64,000 nucleotides of DNA from Eledone cirrhosa. Lineage: Eukaryota. This document shows, piece by piece, positions 1 to 13,270 of this stretch. A program made the translations under genes and the position numbers. The DNA is taken from contig OZ024746.1 of assembly GCA_964016885.1 (NCBI GenBank), positions 74,214,001 through 74,278,000 on the forward strand, given 5' to 3'. The notes under the pieces were generated by a model. The model worked only from the letters and a program-made list of their open reading frames with translations. It ran no database searches and had not been told where the DNA came from. How positions within the stretch are numbered: position 1 is the stretch's first letter; each line of letters begins with the position of its first letter.

Positions 1-479
1 AATATCCGTAGACCAAAACGTTGTAAAAATCCAGGAACATGTCCTGCTGGTCCTGTCAACTTTGCTTTTTACGAATGAATTACCTTTTAAGTTATGGACA
101 GCTACTTTGAGGTCTCTAGTAGCATTATATGCCAGGCGGATTTCTGGAAATTTGCTAAGAAAACTTTACGAATATAAAATGAACTAGACTCAAGCTTATA
201 TAAAATACCGGTAAACACTAGGGAAATACTTTTATATGACCCCCAAAATAAAGGTGTGGAATGATCTAAACGATACATGTTCCATCGAGCATGCATACCA
301 TATGAAAGCGTAGCAGGGCATTGCAAAAAGTAACGTGTGAGATGTGAATAAAAGTATTGGTACTAGGATTGACCAGTATTTAGGACGTTTGTTTTGGGTT
401 TCGTCTGAGTGTTAAACGAATGTGAGGCGGGATATCTACATACTGAATACTAGTTTCCATGAATTTTAAGTAGACATAG

Positions 480-900
480 CAGTGTTTTTTCCGATGTGCC
501 CGAAGTTGATGTTTGCGACTGGCACGGGAGAATTCCCAGCTCTATAAGTCGGGGTGTAGTAAGGCTGTCAAGGAAAGACGAAAAAAAGGGGGACATTATT
601 GATAGTTTCCTACCCATAACTCTGTTGAACGAAGAGTTTAAGATTCTGGCCAATGTGCTAGTAACAAGGTGCTTGTCATCGTCTGGTATGGGAAGTGTAA
701 ACGTGCGCAATCCAGACGAGGTCTAAATAACTAAATCACAAACAACATAGAGAATCTAACGAGTAAGCCTAGCCTCGATAGGGCTTTGATCAAGTGTCGT
801 CGCCGTTTGTAAGGCCAGTCTTTCCGCAGCTCGTCACTTTGACTTTAGCAAATCTTTCAAGTACTTAGAAATAAAGGTAAGGCTGGAGAAGGGAGTGCTG
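480..900 (+). pseudogene. Degenerate non-LTR retrotransposon RT fragment (L1/Tx1-like)
   Basis: ORF 496-726 reads GVVRLSRKDEKKGDIIDSFLPITLLNEEFKILANVLVTR, matching the L1/Tx1 RT domain-1 motif (xRPIxLLNxDxKIxAxxLxxR). A DFSKSF-like motif lies near 841. Confidence 0.6.
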
Positions 901-1071
901 CTCTCTGGTATATTTGTTTAAAAGGTGGGTAAATATAGTTAGAACGACCCAAGTGAATGAGACTACTCTGGCAGGTGCCTATAGGCTGGAAAATTCATAG
1001 AGTAAGGATGCTCTTGGTGATTATCATTATAATTTTATATGAGTTTTTTAAATTTCTTTTCAACCATTCAA

Positions 1072-1570
1072 CACTTGGACAGCATGCTTTCCAGCATAGT
1101 TACGTCCCTTTATGATCTGAGTTCAAAATCCGGCCGAGGTTAACTTTGCCTTTCATCCTTACGGGGTCGATAAAATAAAGTACCAGTAATGTACTGGGTA
1201 ATTGCTGGCCTTGTGCCTAAAGTAGAAAAAATTATTACTATTATGTGAATTGGCAGTATCGGTAGAGGGTTGGACGCCATGTTTTCTAGCATAGTTACGT
1301 CCCTTTACAGTCTGAGTTCAAATCCCGCCGAGGTTAGCTTTGCCTTTCATCCTTACGAGGTCGATAAAATAAAGTACCAGTAATGTGCTGGGTAATTGCT
1401 GGCCTTGTGCCTAAAGTAGAAACAATTATTATTATTATTGAGTTCAAATCCCGCCGAGGTTATCTTTGCCTTTCATCCTTACGGGGTCGATAAAATAAAG
1501 TACCAGTAATACACTGGATAATTGCTGGCCTTGTGCCTAAAGTAGAAAAAATTATTATTATTATTATTAC
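1072..1570 (+). mobile_element. Head-to-tail array of three Deu/Nin-like SINE copies (~1072-1240, 1244-1440, 1439-1570)
   Basis: Three repeats of gagttcaaatcccgccgaggttaactttgcctttcatccttacggggtcgataaaataaagtaccag...gccttgtgcctaaagtagaaacaatt(att)n. B-box-like GAGTTCAAATCC is present and the central segment resembles the Deu/Nin domain. Confidence 0.85.
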
Positions 1571-1847
1571 AAAATAATAAATTTTCTTTCGTCTAGAAAT
1601 GATTCTCCCTCCCTTTCTCCACTCAGTCCACCCCCCCTTTATAACTTCTTATCTCTATAGCTGTAGGCAAAACACCGTAGTGATTGTACATGTTTTAATG
1701 ACTATATCGAATGCAATTTAATTTATTCCTTCTTCTACAATCCGTTATCGCCATCTTGATTTCAATCTGGCATGCATAGATTTCAGATTTCCTCCCTTCC
1801 ATCTCATCTGCATCTCACCAAGCACATTATGTCCTATTGGTCTTTTC

Positions 1848-1993
1848 ATATACATACATACATACATACATACATACATACATACATACATACATACATA
1901 CATACATACTTACACACATACACCCACAAACATATATATATATATAAATATAGATATGTATATACATGTGTATATATATAGATATGTATATAC

Positions 1994-2030
<37 letters not shown>

Positions 2031-2071
2031 TAGATATGTATATACATGTGTATATAAATATAGATATGTAT

Positions 2072-2157
<86 letters not shown>

Positions 2158-2309
2158 TAAAATAACAGATTAAAGTTTAAGCAAAGAATCGGTGCTTTCA
2201 CCCTTAACGGGATCTTCTGAAACTAACAAAATCAATCTGTGAACGCAGAAGTGAATATTTCAAAAAACGTATTATTATTATTATAATTATTTTATATATA
2301 TATATATAT

Positions 2310-2359
<50 letters not shown>

Positions 2360-2481
2360 GTATGTATGTATATATATGTATGTATGTATATATATATGTA
2401 TATATATGTATGTATGTATATATATATGTATGTATATGTATATGTATATGAAAAGACCAATAGGACATAATGTGCTTGGTG

Positions 2482-2535
<54 letters not shown>

Positions 2536-2552
2536 GCGCGCGCACACACACG
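1848..2552. repeat. Compound microsatellites (TACA)n, (TA)n, (TATG)n, (CA)n
   Basis: Directly visible; source of the YI/CV/HT pseudo-ORFs. Confidence 0.95.
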
Positions 2553-3001
2553 TACATGAGCTGTCACTCGATAACCCGTTACTTTCTGCAACTCGTTCAA
2601 TTATTATCAGCTACGCATTCACCTACGCTCAATCTGTTCCTTTCTCTCACAGTGTATACACTTTTGTTTCCACATATCTCAATGTTTTCCCCCACACACT
2701 TCTGTTGATTATTCTCTACATGATATCAACCCACCTGTTCTTTTATTTTATCTTTCAGTGTTTAAATTTATCTCGTACATTTGCTATCTCTTCAGTGTTC
2801 ACCAATTCACTGCAATAGACATATTTATATTATGTATGTATGTATGTATGTATGTATGTATGTATGTATGTATGTATGTATGTATATATATATTTCTATA
2901 TATACATATATATATATTTATTTGTTTTATTAAGGCTATATTTATATATATATATATATATTGGTATACTCTCTCTATATGTATATATTTTAATATATAT
3001 G

Positions 3002-3084
<83 letters not shown>

Positions 3085-3271
3085 TTATATATATATGAAT
3101 GTGTGTATATATATATTTATTTTAAAAAATAGTGGTGTGACACACGAGTTGTGATATATTAGTAAAAAGGAAAAGTAAAATGCTGACAAATCTTTGCCAG
3201 TGAAAAATAGTTTAATTAGGAATAAGTATAAATTAGTAATAAGTATTAGTTAGTATTCAGTTTTAGTTTTA

Positions 3272-3371
3272 AGTTTTAAATGAATCACCGCACGGCGACG
3301 GCCCCGTCCCTTCTCAATCGGGTGAGCGATGAAGGACGGGGCCGTCGCCGAGCGGTGATTCATTTAAAACT
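3272..3371. repeat. GC-rich inverted repeat (hairpin, ~40-bp arms)
   Basis: agttttaaatgaatcaccgcacggcgacggccccgtcc(c)ttc pairs with gaaggacggggccgtcgccgagcggtgattcatttaaaact, with one mismatch and one bulge. Confidence 0.9.
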
Positions 3372-3392
3372 AAAACTATACTATACACATAA

Positions 3393-3458
<66 letters not shown>

Positions 3459-3574
3459 TTATATGTATAGTATATATGTCTATATACACATACACACATA
3501 CGCAACCGTTGTTGTCAATGCTATAAACTAATTTTAAAACTAGTATTTTTGAAGTATTATATTTTCATGTATAG

Positions 3575-3661
3575 CATTATTGTTATTATTATTATTATTA
3601 GTAGTAGTAGTAGTTGTAGTAGTAGTTGTAGTAGTAGTAGTAGTAGTACTACTACTACTAC

Positions 3662-3709
<48 letters not shown>

Positions 3710-3742
3710 CAGCAGTAGTGGCAACAGCAGTAGTAGTAGTAG
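3575..3742. repeat. (ATT)n/(AGT)n/(ACT)n trinucleotide repeat
   Basis: Directly visible. Confidence 0.95.
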
Positions 3743-4284
3743 ATATACTTTTTTTGCTGTTACAGATTTTCCAGCGAACACTCATATCACCTCGTTATCA
3801 GTAGTAACCGTTGTCAACAGTAACCGATCGAAGTCGATAACATTGGGAGCCGGCGGTGAAGGGACTTTATAGTAAGCCAAAAAAAAAGAAAAACCCAAAA
3901 TATAAATTAATTAAGAACAACGGAAAGAATTATATAGGAAAAAATTACCTATGAAATCTCATTTACATATTTTTTTACTTTTTGAAATTCAGGATTCTCT
4001 TCCGTACATAATATTTTTTCTTGCTTGAAATATAATAGAATTTCCTGTATTATTCCGAAACCACCATCGAAACAAATGACAGCAAGTACCCAATCACAGT
4101 AGGATCTTTTGAAATATGTTTTCCTTAAAATACTTGCAGGTACATAGAAAATTGTATAATATATCAATGAGAAGTTGTTATATCCCAATGAAGGAGCAAT
4201 TGCTGGGGGAATTTCACACTTCTTTCTGACTGTTATATTTTCTTGAGGTTGGTTTTGTTTAGCACCCGCATAGTATTAATAAAG

Positions 4285-4405
4285 TAGGTGCAACGGGTAG
4301 ATAGGATAGCAATGGAAAACCAATGGAAACATTTTGGTTCATTTTGACGAGTTCCATCCCAATCTCCGAGCGAAATTAGTTTGGGATCTTGTCAATCGAT
4401 CTCTT
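4285..4405 (+). repeat. Unclassified interspersed repeat 'family X' copy 1
   Basis: Homologous to 30060-30147 (+) and 49875-49985 (-): gatag..agcaa.tggaaa.accaa.ggaaaca.t...ttgacga...gtc.atcgat. Confidence 0.6.
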
Positions 4406-4794
4406 TCTATATGAGACAGAGATCCCTAGTCATCTCTACTGGAATAGTGTATGAAGTATATCCTTATTTAACATGTTTTGTTCCTTGTTTAAGACGTTAG
4501 CAAGTCAGAGATTTTTCGTTGCCATTTTTAGCATGTCAAACGAAAACATATAATTTCGCTCTTCCCGGTGGATCAAAGTTGGAATAAATATTTCGTACGA
4601 GGTCTGAACCAAGCCCAATTCATTAACTAGAAAACCTGTGTTGAGTAATACATACCTGCATAATTATGTAAATATAAATGAAAATACACATATTTACATA
4701 AGTGTATTTTTTAAGAGAAAGCGAATCAGTGCATATAGTTTTCGTATGACCTCGATGAATGTTAATATCGGTATGGTTGGTGTTTAGCTTTGAG

Positions 4795-5100
4795 TGTGTA
4801 GCTCGGAGATGCGAAAGTCACTACAGGTAGAGCAGCTACTTCTACGATAGTATTGGCATGTGGTTAAAATGTCTCAGTAAAATATCGCTGGACATATTTT
4901 AAGGGCAAAACCACAGGAGACCCAGAGGTAGATCCCGAGCAAGATGGTTGGATAACATCCATGAGCTTCTCTGGTCTGACTTGGGGATCCAACTGGATCA
5001 GTTGGAGACGGTTGCATCTGACAAGACCTGCTAGAAGGATTGTTTGATGACTCTGCTCCCACGACCCTCTCAGGAATTTATTGGCGAAGAAGAAGAGGAA
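4795..5100 (+). mobile_element. RTE-clade LINE 3' end remnant
   Basis: The + strand translates, with stops and frameshifts, to SSEMRKSLQVEQLLLR...HVVKM...RPRGRSRARWLDNIHELLWSDLGIQLDQLETVASDK, a typical RTE C-terminus. A gaagaagaag tail follows. Confidence 0.7.
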
Positions 5101-6789
5101 GCGCACTATATTATGAAGTGTGAGAACGCACAGAGCAATGTGTTCCTGTTTTTCCTGATTGTACAATGGCAAAAGACGGGATGGTTATGACTAAAATACA
5201 TTCGTTAAGAGGTCTATTTAAGATATACCTGAGGCTCAACAACAATTAAAAACTAACTTGCTTACTAATGTTTTAACATAGAAATAATTTCCTTTAATCA
5301 ATCCTACTGCAACACAGACTATGTTTTTGTGCTTGAAGACGCAACTGATGAACTGTGAGGAGAAATTCGGTACTATATGAACTCGGAATATACAGAAGTA
5401 AAATTAAATACCTACACCTCCATAGAATTTAAATAGTGCGATATTGGTAACATATGGTGCATTATATATTTTATTTGAGAAAAATCGGCGTCTAATGTAT
5501 CAAATATTTTGTGAGCTAAAATGATATTATGTGGCATTCATTCATTTACCAGGGGCATTATCGACATCATTTTACTCGACATGAATTTAGATTGATTTAA
5601 AGATGACAAAACCTGTTAAATATTATCGCTTCATTAACCCCGTCTCTACACACCTTGGAATTGTCTGATCCAACTTTTTAGTTATAGGAAATAATATTAT
5701 CATGTGTCCACAGAAAATATGGTATCTGTATGAATTTAAATGAAATGACACATTCATTTGTTTTGTTACATTATTGTGGGTAATTCAGTTCAGAGTAATG
5801 GTCTACGATATATTTCGATTACAAACGGAAAAGGCCTTTATACTATATCCAATTTCTTTGAACAGTCTGATTAACAGACTATTATAATGTCTCCATTTAT
5901 ATTTAATGTGATGTAAATCCAATAGTTATATTCGAATTTCAACATTGAACATTTATATATATATATATATATATATACATACATATGTGTAACTGTCTAT
6001 GTGTGTTTCTGTGTTAGTGTACACACTAAACGTAGTCAAATATAAAATATAAAATCATGATTACTATCATCGAGGGGATTCCAACGAACTCCCACTACCA
6101 CATCATGGCTTCCTTCAACAGTCATGTGTGTATATATATATATATATATATATGGATATGTGTGGATATATATATATATATATGAATATATATATATATA
6201 TGTATGTATATATATGTATATATATGTATATATATACAGATAGTGGGGGAGAGTGAGAGAGAGAGAAAAATAAAACATTTCCATACGTCTATCTATACCC
6301 CATAGAGATAGTCGTATGGAAATATTCTCTTCACCAAAATATTCGAGCAAGATCTGAAGAGGTAAAAAAATGCAATGAATGAAGAAAACAAATCGGCAAA
6401 AACTCCCAAATATATATATAAATTAATTAAAATAAAAAAAATATATACACAGAAACCTTAAAAGTAAGAAAATATGTTAACTCAACACATAAAATTGGTT
6501 TCCCTCATCTGAAACTAAAACTGATAAAAACATCAACCATTGAAACATATAGCAAAGCGATATTTATGAATTAATATAATCTGAGATCTTAATATAAATA
6601 TTTTCAATATTGGTGAGCTTGAAGGGACAATGGAATGGCAAAAATGGTAGAGTGCCAGACTAAATAATTATGATTACTATCATTGATGTCACTCTCTAAA
6701 TCCACTTCTTCTGCTGCGGTTCAATGTAGCTACACAAGCTGCACACTCGTAGATACCATAAAACCTTTATCTCTCGCTCTCTCTCTCTC

Positions 6790-6824
<35 letters not shown>

Positions 6825-7682
6825 ATATATATATGTATATATATATATATATGTATATATTTATATATATATACATATATGTGTGTATGTGTGAGTGGGT
6901 GGGTAGGGTCGGGGGCGTGCTTGTGCGTGTGTGTATATGTGTATGGATCTATGTATGAATGTATATTTGTATATTTATATATATATATATATATGTAAAT
7001 ATATATATATATAAATATATTATACATACATATGCATTTCTCTCTCTCTTTCTCTCTCCCTCTCTATATATATATGTGTGTGTGTATATATATATATATG
7101 CACATGTGTGTGTGTGTATATTTATTCAATTGAAGAAAATTGGTTAATTGAAAATCACCTGACTTTTCCTAACAGACATGACCCACTCCATGGTTTTGTT
7201 CATCCAGAGTTTTATTATAATAATAAACAAGAAAGTCGGTTTCATTTGTACATCCCTATTTTATTTTGTTATACGTATTTCAAAGACGCAAGGCCGTTGT
7301 TCTCTTCAGACAAAAATCCAAATGAGATGTAAATATCCATTGATATGTTACCGGTCATACGTGTTATTCACTTCGCCGACCAGTAAGCATATGTCCGAAA
7401 TTCTCAAGTAGCAGTTCATATATGTGTGGGAGATAGATATTCCAATTGGCGTTGCTGCCTGTGAACTGCTTAGAGTATCAAGTTACCAGACTGGTCCCTT
7501 GATTCCTAGTGAGGGCCCAACTTAAACTATGGAATGGAACCAACGAGGTTATTGAATGGTTCACCGAACAAGAAAACAAAAATAGGAGTAAATTCATACA
7601 ACTGGACATAGCTAGCTACTCATCAATTTCACCAACACTACTTAAAAATATATATATTCCATAGAAATACAGTTTATAGAAA

Positions 7683-8070
7683 TAATTGTTTCTACTTTAG
7701 GCACAAGGCCAGCAAATATCCCAGTGTATTACTGGTACTTTATTTCATCGACCCCGTAAGGATGAAAGGCAAAGTTAACCTCGGCGGAATTTGAACTCAG
7801 ACCATAAAGGGCCGTAACTCTATGCTGCAATGCATGGCCTCCGACCCTCTACCGATACTGCCAATCCACCGCAGTTTATAGAAAAAATTGTTTCTAATTT
7901 TGGCACAAGGCCAGCAAATCACCAGTACATTACTGGTACTTTATTTTATCGACCTCGTAAGGATGAAAGCAAAGTTAACCTCGGCGGGATTTGAACACAG
8001 ATCGTAAAGGGACGTAACTATGCTGGAAAGCATTATCCGACCCTCTACCGATACTGCCAATTCACCGCCC
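7683..8070 (-). mobile_element. Tandem dimer of Deu/Nin-like SINE (7683-7872, 7885-8070)
   Basis: Reverse complement of the SINE at 1244-1440, twice, separated and flanked by tttatagaaa(t/a)aat. Confidence 0.9.
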
Positions 8071-8284
8071 TTTATAGAAATAATGATGCTGCATTATTCA
8101 AGCACAACCCTGTACGCTGCGATTTCAATTCCCACCTTTTCTTTGCCTTGTATTTCCACCATTAATGATTTTCATTCACCGTATCACCCTGCTATACAAT
8201 AAGTAGAATAATTTCGTAGCTACAGTAAATAATCTACTGCTTCTATACTGATACAGTATACTTGAGTTGCTTAATAGACAAAGC

Positions 8285-8327
<43 letters not shown>

Positions 8328-8454
8328 TAAGTATATATATATATGTATGTAGCTATATAGGAAAACGTACATATGATATATATATATTTTTCCGATCTTT
8401 CTGTGTCATTTTCATGTTTTGGTTATCCGTTAACTTTCCGCACACTCACACGCG

Positions 8455-8457
8455 CGA

Positions 8458-8544
<87 letters not shown>

Positions 8545-8553
8545 TATATATAT

Positions 8554-8610
<57 letters not shown>

Positions 8611-8641
8611 ATATAATATATATATATATATTATATATATA

Positions 8642-8740
<99 letters not shown>

Positions 8741-8745
8741 TATAC
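8455..8745. repeat. Long interrupted (TA)n microsatellite
   Basis: Directly visible. Confidence 0.95.
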
Positions 8746-10842
8746 GCGCGCGTGTGTATGTGTGTGTATTAACATGCTTTGATACTCTGTTAACTGATTT
8801 CCGTGTTTACAAGTCTGTGGTTTGAGGGAAGTCTGTGTGTCAGTAGGATAAGTTGACCCAGTAAATGATATAACTATCTATTCAGGAGTGAGATGGGGTG
8901 TGTTATAGAATGAAGGTGTGTGATGTTTGTGTTGGGGTATTATGTTTAACTTTCGAAAATTTATTATGTACGGCGTTATTATTAAAGGGTTTAATATTAG
9001 ATGAATAATTTAATTTGAATTAGTTTTGATATGGGTTGATCAACCATACGAGTCCTTCCAATTCCAGTTTCTACGAAGTCAGCACTTTTACCAGGTCCTC
9101 TGCCATGCAGAGACTTGGTCGTTAGGGTTGAAGTTGTAGTTGCACGTGCATTAATGGTAGTGTCATTTGTTCTCCTCACCTGTTTTCGGCTTGTTTCACT
9201 AAGCAAGTTTTACCTATTTTTGACATGAAAGAAAATGACATAATCTGACAGGACCGGCTCCCGAGCCCTCTACCTCCTCATTAACACATGGATCCCAGAT
9301 ACATATATTAATTTTAAGTTCTAATGTTTTACAAATTAGTTTTTAACGGAGTAATGCGTTGTGAATGTAACTGATTTTCTGTTTCAAGTTCTAGATGAAG
9401 TCTACGTCTGTGAACGGCACCGCATTATAGGTCTAATACTGCTTTTTTATGGTGAGGTGGCAGTAATCTATGTGGTAATTTTAAATTTTGATTCACTTGT
9501 TAATTTACAAAGACGATAATTTTGATTTTGCTTAATCTTAATTTTCTATTCTATTTTATTGATAGTAGGTGGATTTAATTTAGTTTTATATGGGATTAAA
9601 CGGTCGAAGGTAGGCATCTTTGATGATTGTACGTTTGTTAACCTGATACGTAGCATGATTAAGTATTTAATGCACTCCAGAGAAGATAATACGGAATATT
9701 ATAGTCTGGTGAGGTTCGAACGCTCCTTTCTGGAACATTGGTACTACCAAGTAAGGAAACCAATGGTAGTCTGTATTGAGGTAAATTCTTATTTGTGATT
9801 AGTTTATGATTTCGGTTTAAAGTTTAAAACATAGCGATGAATTTCGGGTATTTTTGATTTGTAATGGATATTGCTTTCATGTCTAAAACATCATGTTTGT
9901 ATTACTGAGAACTTGTATTTTGTATGGTGTGTCTCGGGTAGTTTGCATAGGTAAGTGTTCTCGAGTGTGTGTAGTCAACCTGGGAGTGTAAAGACTTCTC
10001 TATGCTGTATTTATAGCAGGTTTCAGCTAACTGTTATAGGCAGTCATAACGGTTCTATTGGTAATATGCACCACACATCAGTTTCAATATATAATTGCCG
10101 ACTAAATCAATAGTAATCGACACACTGAAAACACATGAAAACACGCCATGGTGTAACTGTAGATGATTGAGTCCTGCTTATTTTAAGGTTAGCAAGGAAC
10201 GACTACGCATACGTTACAAAGATGTGAGAATACAGTGTTTTAGGTTGATTTTACGTATGGAAAAGTATGTATGATGCAATTTGACGGAACTTTGATCGAT
10301 CTTTCTTGCATATCAAGCTTGAATGAATTCTGCAATTATTTTGAATAGAATGCACGCAACCTGTTTAGTTGGATTCTAACTCATGTTAGATATACACAAG
10401 TATATAGATCTCAGTTCTGTAGCACGAAGAATGATAGGATTAAGTTCTGCTGAACCATATCGTACTCTATTAATAATACATGCTGCTTTCGAAACGCGAT
10501 TATAATAAGCAGTTTTATATTAAGACAGTAATGTGAAATATCTCATTGAATAAAATATATATATTTTATGCAGACACTTGAATTGTTTCTCAACGCATTA
10601 TCTATACCCAATATATTGTTAATATATCAACATAAGCATACGTCGTGAGTTCTTAAAACAGTAATTTGAAATTAAATTATCTTATATTTTCTAGATTAAA
10701 CTTAACATTAACACTTGCAGTATATGATGGTATTGTTGTCAAAACTCAGATTATTGAAAATTAATGAAATTGTGGTGTTATATAACTTGGTTGTTTTAGC
10801 GCAGATTGGCAGCGTGATTTACTTCATATAATATAACTCTTT

Positions 10843-10968
10843 CTACGTTTTGGCACAAGGCCAGCAATTATCCCAGTGTATAACTGGTACTTTATTTTAT
10901 CGACCCTGTAAGGATGAAAGGCAAAGTTAACCTCGGCGGGAATTGAACTCAGATCGTAAAGGGACATG
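10843..10968 (-). mobile_element. 5'-truncated Deu/Nin-like SINE
   Basis: ggcacaaggccagcaattatcccagtg...ggatgaaaggcaaagttaacctcggcgggaattgaactcag. Confidence 0.85.
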
Positions 10969-11077
10969 CTTCATATAATATAACAAAAGTCAAACATTGC
11001 TGTCATCATATTATTATTATTAAATTGTTTAATTACAGGCTATAGGTTTTACTACTGCAGCACATCAAATACTGCAA

Positions 11078-11764
11078 CCGTAGACCAGAAGATCAACTCG
11101 CAAAACAACAGGTGGCTCGCTGTCTCATCCAAAGACGTGCTCAGAGTCATGCAGACAAAGTTTCCAGTGACAACATTGGTCTTAGGTGTCGTCAGCAGTC
11201 AGCGTGACGTCATGCCACCTCACTTCTTCCCTGAGGGCCTCAAGCTGAACACCGATGGCTACATCCGCATTCTGAGCGTGGTAGTAAAGCCCTGGATCGA
11301 CCAGGTATGTGCAGGTAGGCCGTACGTGTGGCAGCAAGACTCAGTGCCCTGCCATACCAGCCGAAAGACCCAAGCCTGGCTGTCAGAGAACTTCGTCGAC
11401 CACACTTCACCTGACATCTGGCCTCCCAGCTCGCCTGACTGCAATCCCCTCGACTTCTTTGTGTGGGGCGCAGGGTAATGAGACACCAACAGATCTAGCT
11501 GCAATACGAAAGACGATCTGAAGGCCAGGATCACAAGTGCCTTTAGGGGCCTAAGTCGGGGGACAGTGACGAAGGCCTGTAGCCGGTTCCGAGGCCGCCA
11601 TGAGGCCGTCATCAAAGCCAATAGCGGGTTTATCGAGTGAGATCGAAAGAACAAGTCATGAAGACAAACTGACCCAAGTCTGATAAATATATCTTAAAAA
11701 GTAAAACTACTGTCTTACTTTTTCCTAGACAGTAATCTTGCGAACAAATATCGTCCGTACCCTG
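11078..11764 (+). mobile_element. Tc1/mariner-superfamily DD37D (maT) transposon, 3' half with pseudogenised transposase and right TIR
   Basis: DQKINSQNNRW...VWQQDSVPCH...WPPSSPDCNPLDFFVWG has 37 residues between the 2nd and 3rd Asp. The frame continues past TAA-TGA (11476-11481) to ...KACSRFRGRHEAVIKANSGFIE* at 11640. The element ends ...cgtccgtaccctg followed by TA. Confidence 0.9.
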
Positions 11765-11770
11765 TATAAA

Positions 11771-11856
<86 letters not shown>

Positions 11857-11859
11857 ACA

Positions 11860-12140
11860 TGACAGATTCCAAACAATACCTGCTGTACACCTCCAGTCAT
11901 CCAAAGCACACGTAGACGAACATCCATATTAACCAAGCAAGAAGAAGTTGCACAATTGTCTCCAATTATGAAACGCGGAATAGAAGACTTGAAGAATTAA
12001 AGGAAATTCTGCATAAAACAGAAAGAATTTTTGAAGACGAACCAGATGCGAGGCAAACCACACCAGAAACACAACTGTGAAACCGGTCAAGTAAATAAAT
12101 AAATATTCTTAAAAGACTCCAGTAGCTTTTTCAATTTCTT
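11860..12140 (+). mobile_element. Penelope-like element RT (thumb) fragment fused to a 3' end
   Basis: Translates TDSKQYLLYTSSHPKHT*TNIHINQARRSCTIVSNYETRNRRLEELKEIL, matching the PLE motif TDxxQYLxxxSxHPxHxxxNIPxxLARRIxTIVS. Confidence 0.75.
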
Positions 12141-12158
12141 TTCCTTATATATATATCT

Positions 12159-12742
12159 ATTAGGATTGGTGCTCTGAAATAGCGATGTATACATGAATGT
12201 ATGTATAGTGTAGTTGGCAATATACCGTATGTTTAATTAAAGGGCAAAGAAAGGGGGAAAAGCTGACAGATTCTGTTTCACACTGTATTACATCGCTATT
12301 TCAGAGTAGGTAACTCTGAGGAACACCAACAGCTCTCTCCCTTCCTTTGCCGAAAAAAGAAGTAAGTGACATCGTCACTACTTTAAAATGATAGCGCAAG
12401 GTCTTCAAAATGTTTTTAATTAAACATACGGCATATTGCCTAATATACTGTACATACATTCATGTATACATCGCTATTTCAGAGCACCAATCCTAATTAT
12501 TTATTTTTGCCGAACCGGCAATCGCTCTGTATAATCAGTTCCTGATTATTACTGGAATTCTATAAGAATCCAGCCTCTATAATTTGCTCTGAGGAACACC
12601 AACAGTGTCAGCTTCTCTCCCTTCCTTTGCCGAAAAAAGAAGTACGTGACATAGTCACTACTTTAAAATGATAGCGCAAGGTCTTCAAAGTGTTTTTAAT
12701 TAAACATACGGTATATTGCCAAATATACTATGCATACATTCA
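12159..12742. mobile_element. Inverted plus direct repeat structure resembling PLE pseudo-LTRs
   Basis: 12159-12241 is an inverted copy of 12415-12497, and ~12314-12465 is repeated directly at ~12587-12742. A degenerate CTGAGGA...GAAA occurs in both direct copies. Confidence 0.6.
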
Positions 12743-12770
12743 TATATATATATATATATATATATATAAG

Positions 12771-13079
<309 letters not shown>

Positions 13080-13094
13080 TTGTGCGTGCGTGAT

Positions 13095-13235
13095 AATACA
13101 AATAAAAATGACACGCTGAATGACCTGGGGTCGAGAACCCAACGAAACGTAAGTACCTGTTTATATCACTGTTGTAATTAATTATACTAAATTCGTCCTA
13201 TGGACTGAGTGCTCTTACTCTTGGATATTTCTATT
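13095..13235 (+). mobile_element. PLE-like 3' end with variant hammerhead
   Basis: CTGAATGA-cc-tggg-gtcgagaa-ccca-ac-GAAA-CGTA (13116-13151). The tail attcgtcctatggactgagtgctc is homologous to the element B tail. Confidence 0.5.
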
Positions 13236-13270
13236 TAACTTGTACTTCAGTAGATATATATATATATATG

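Noticed and set aside
3949-4188. 79-aa ORF as a host exon
   Set aside because: No recognisable domain or supported splice structure.
5340-5375. CTGATGA...GAAA hammerhead candidate
   Set aside because: No credible stem II or stem I pairing.
8980-9900. Possible degenerate Penelope-like ORF on the minus strand
   Set aside because: Composition is suggestive, but no motif could be read with confidence.
11259-11654. 131-aa minus-strand ORF
   Set aside because: Antisense shadow of the GC-rich maT transposase.
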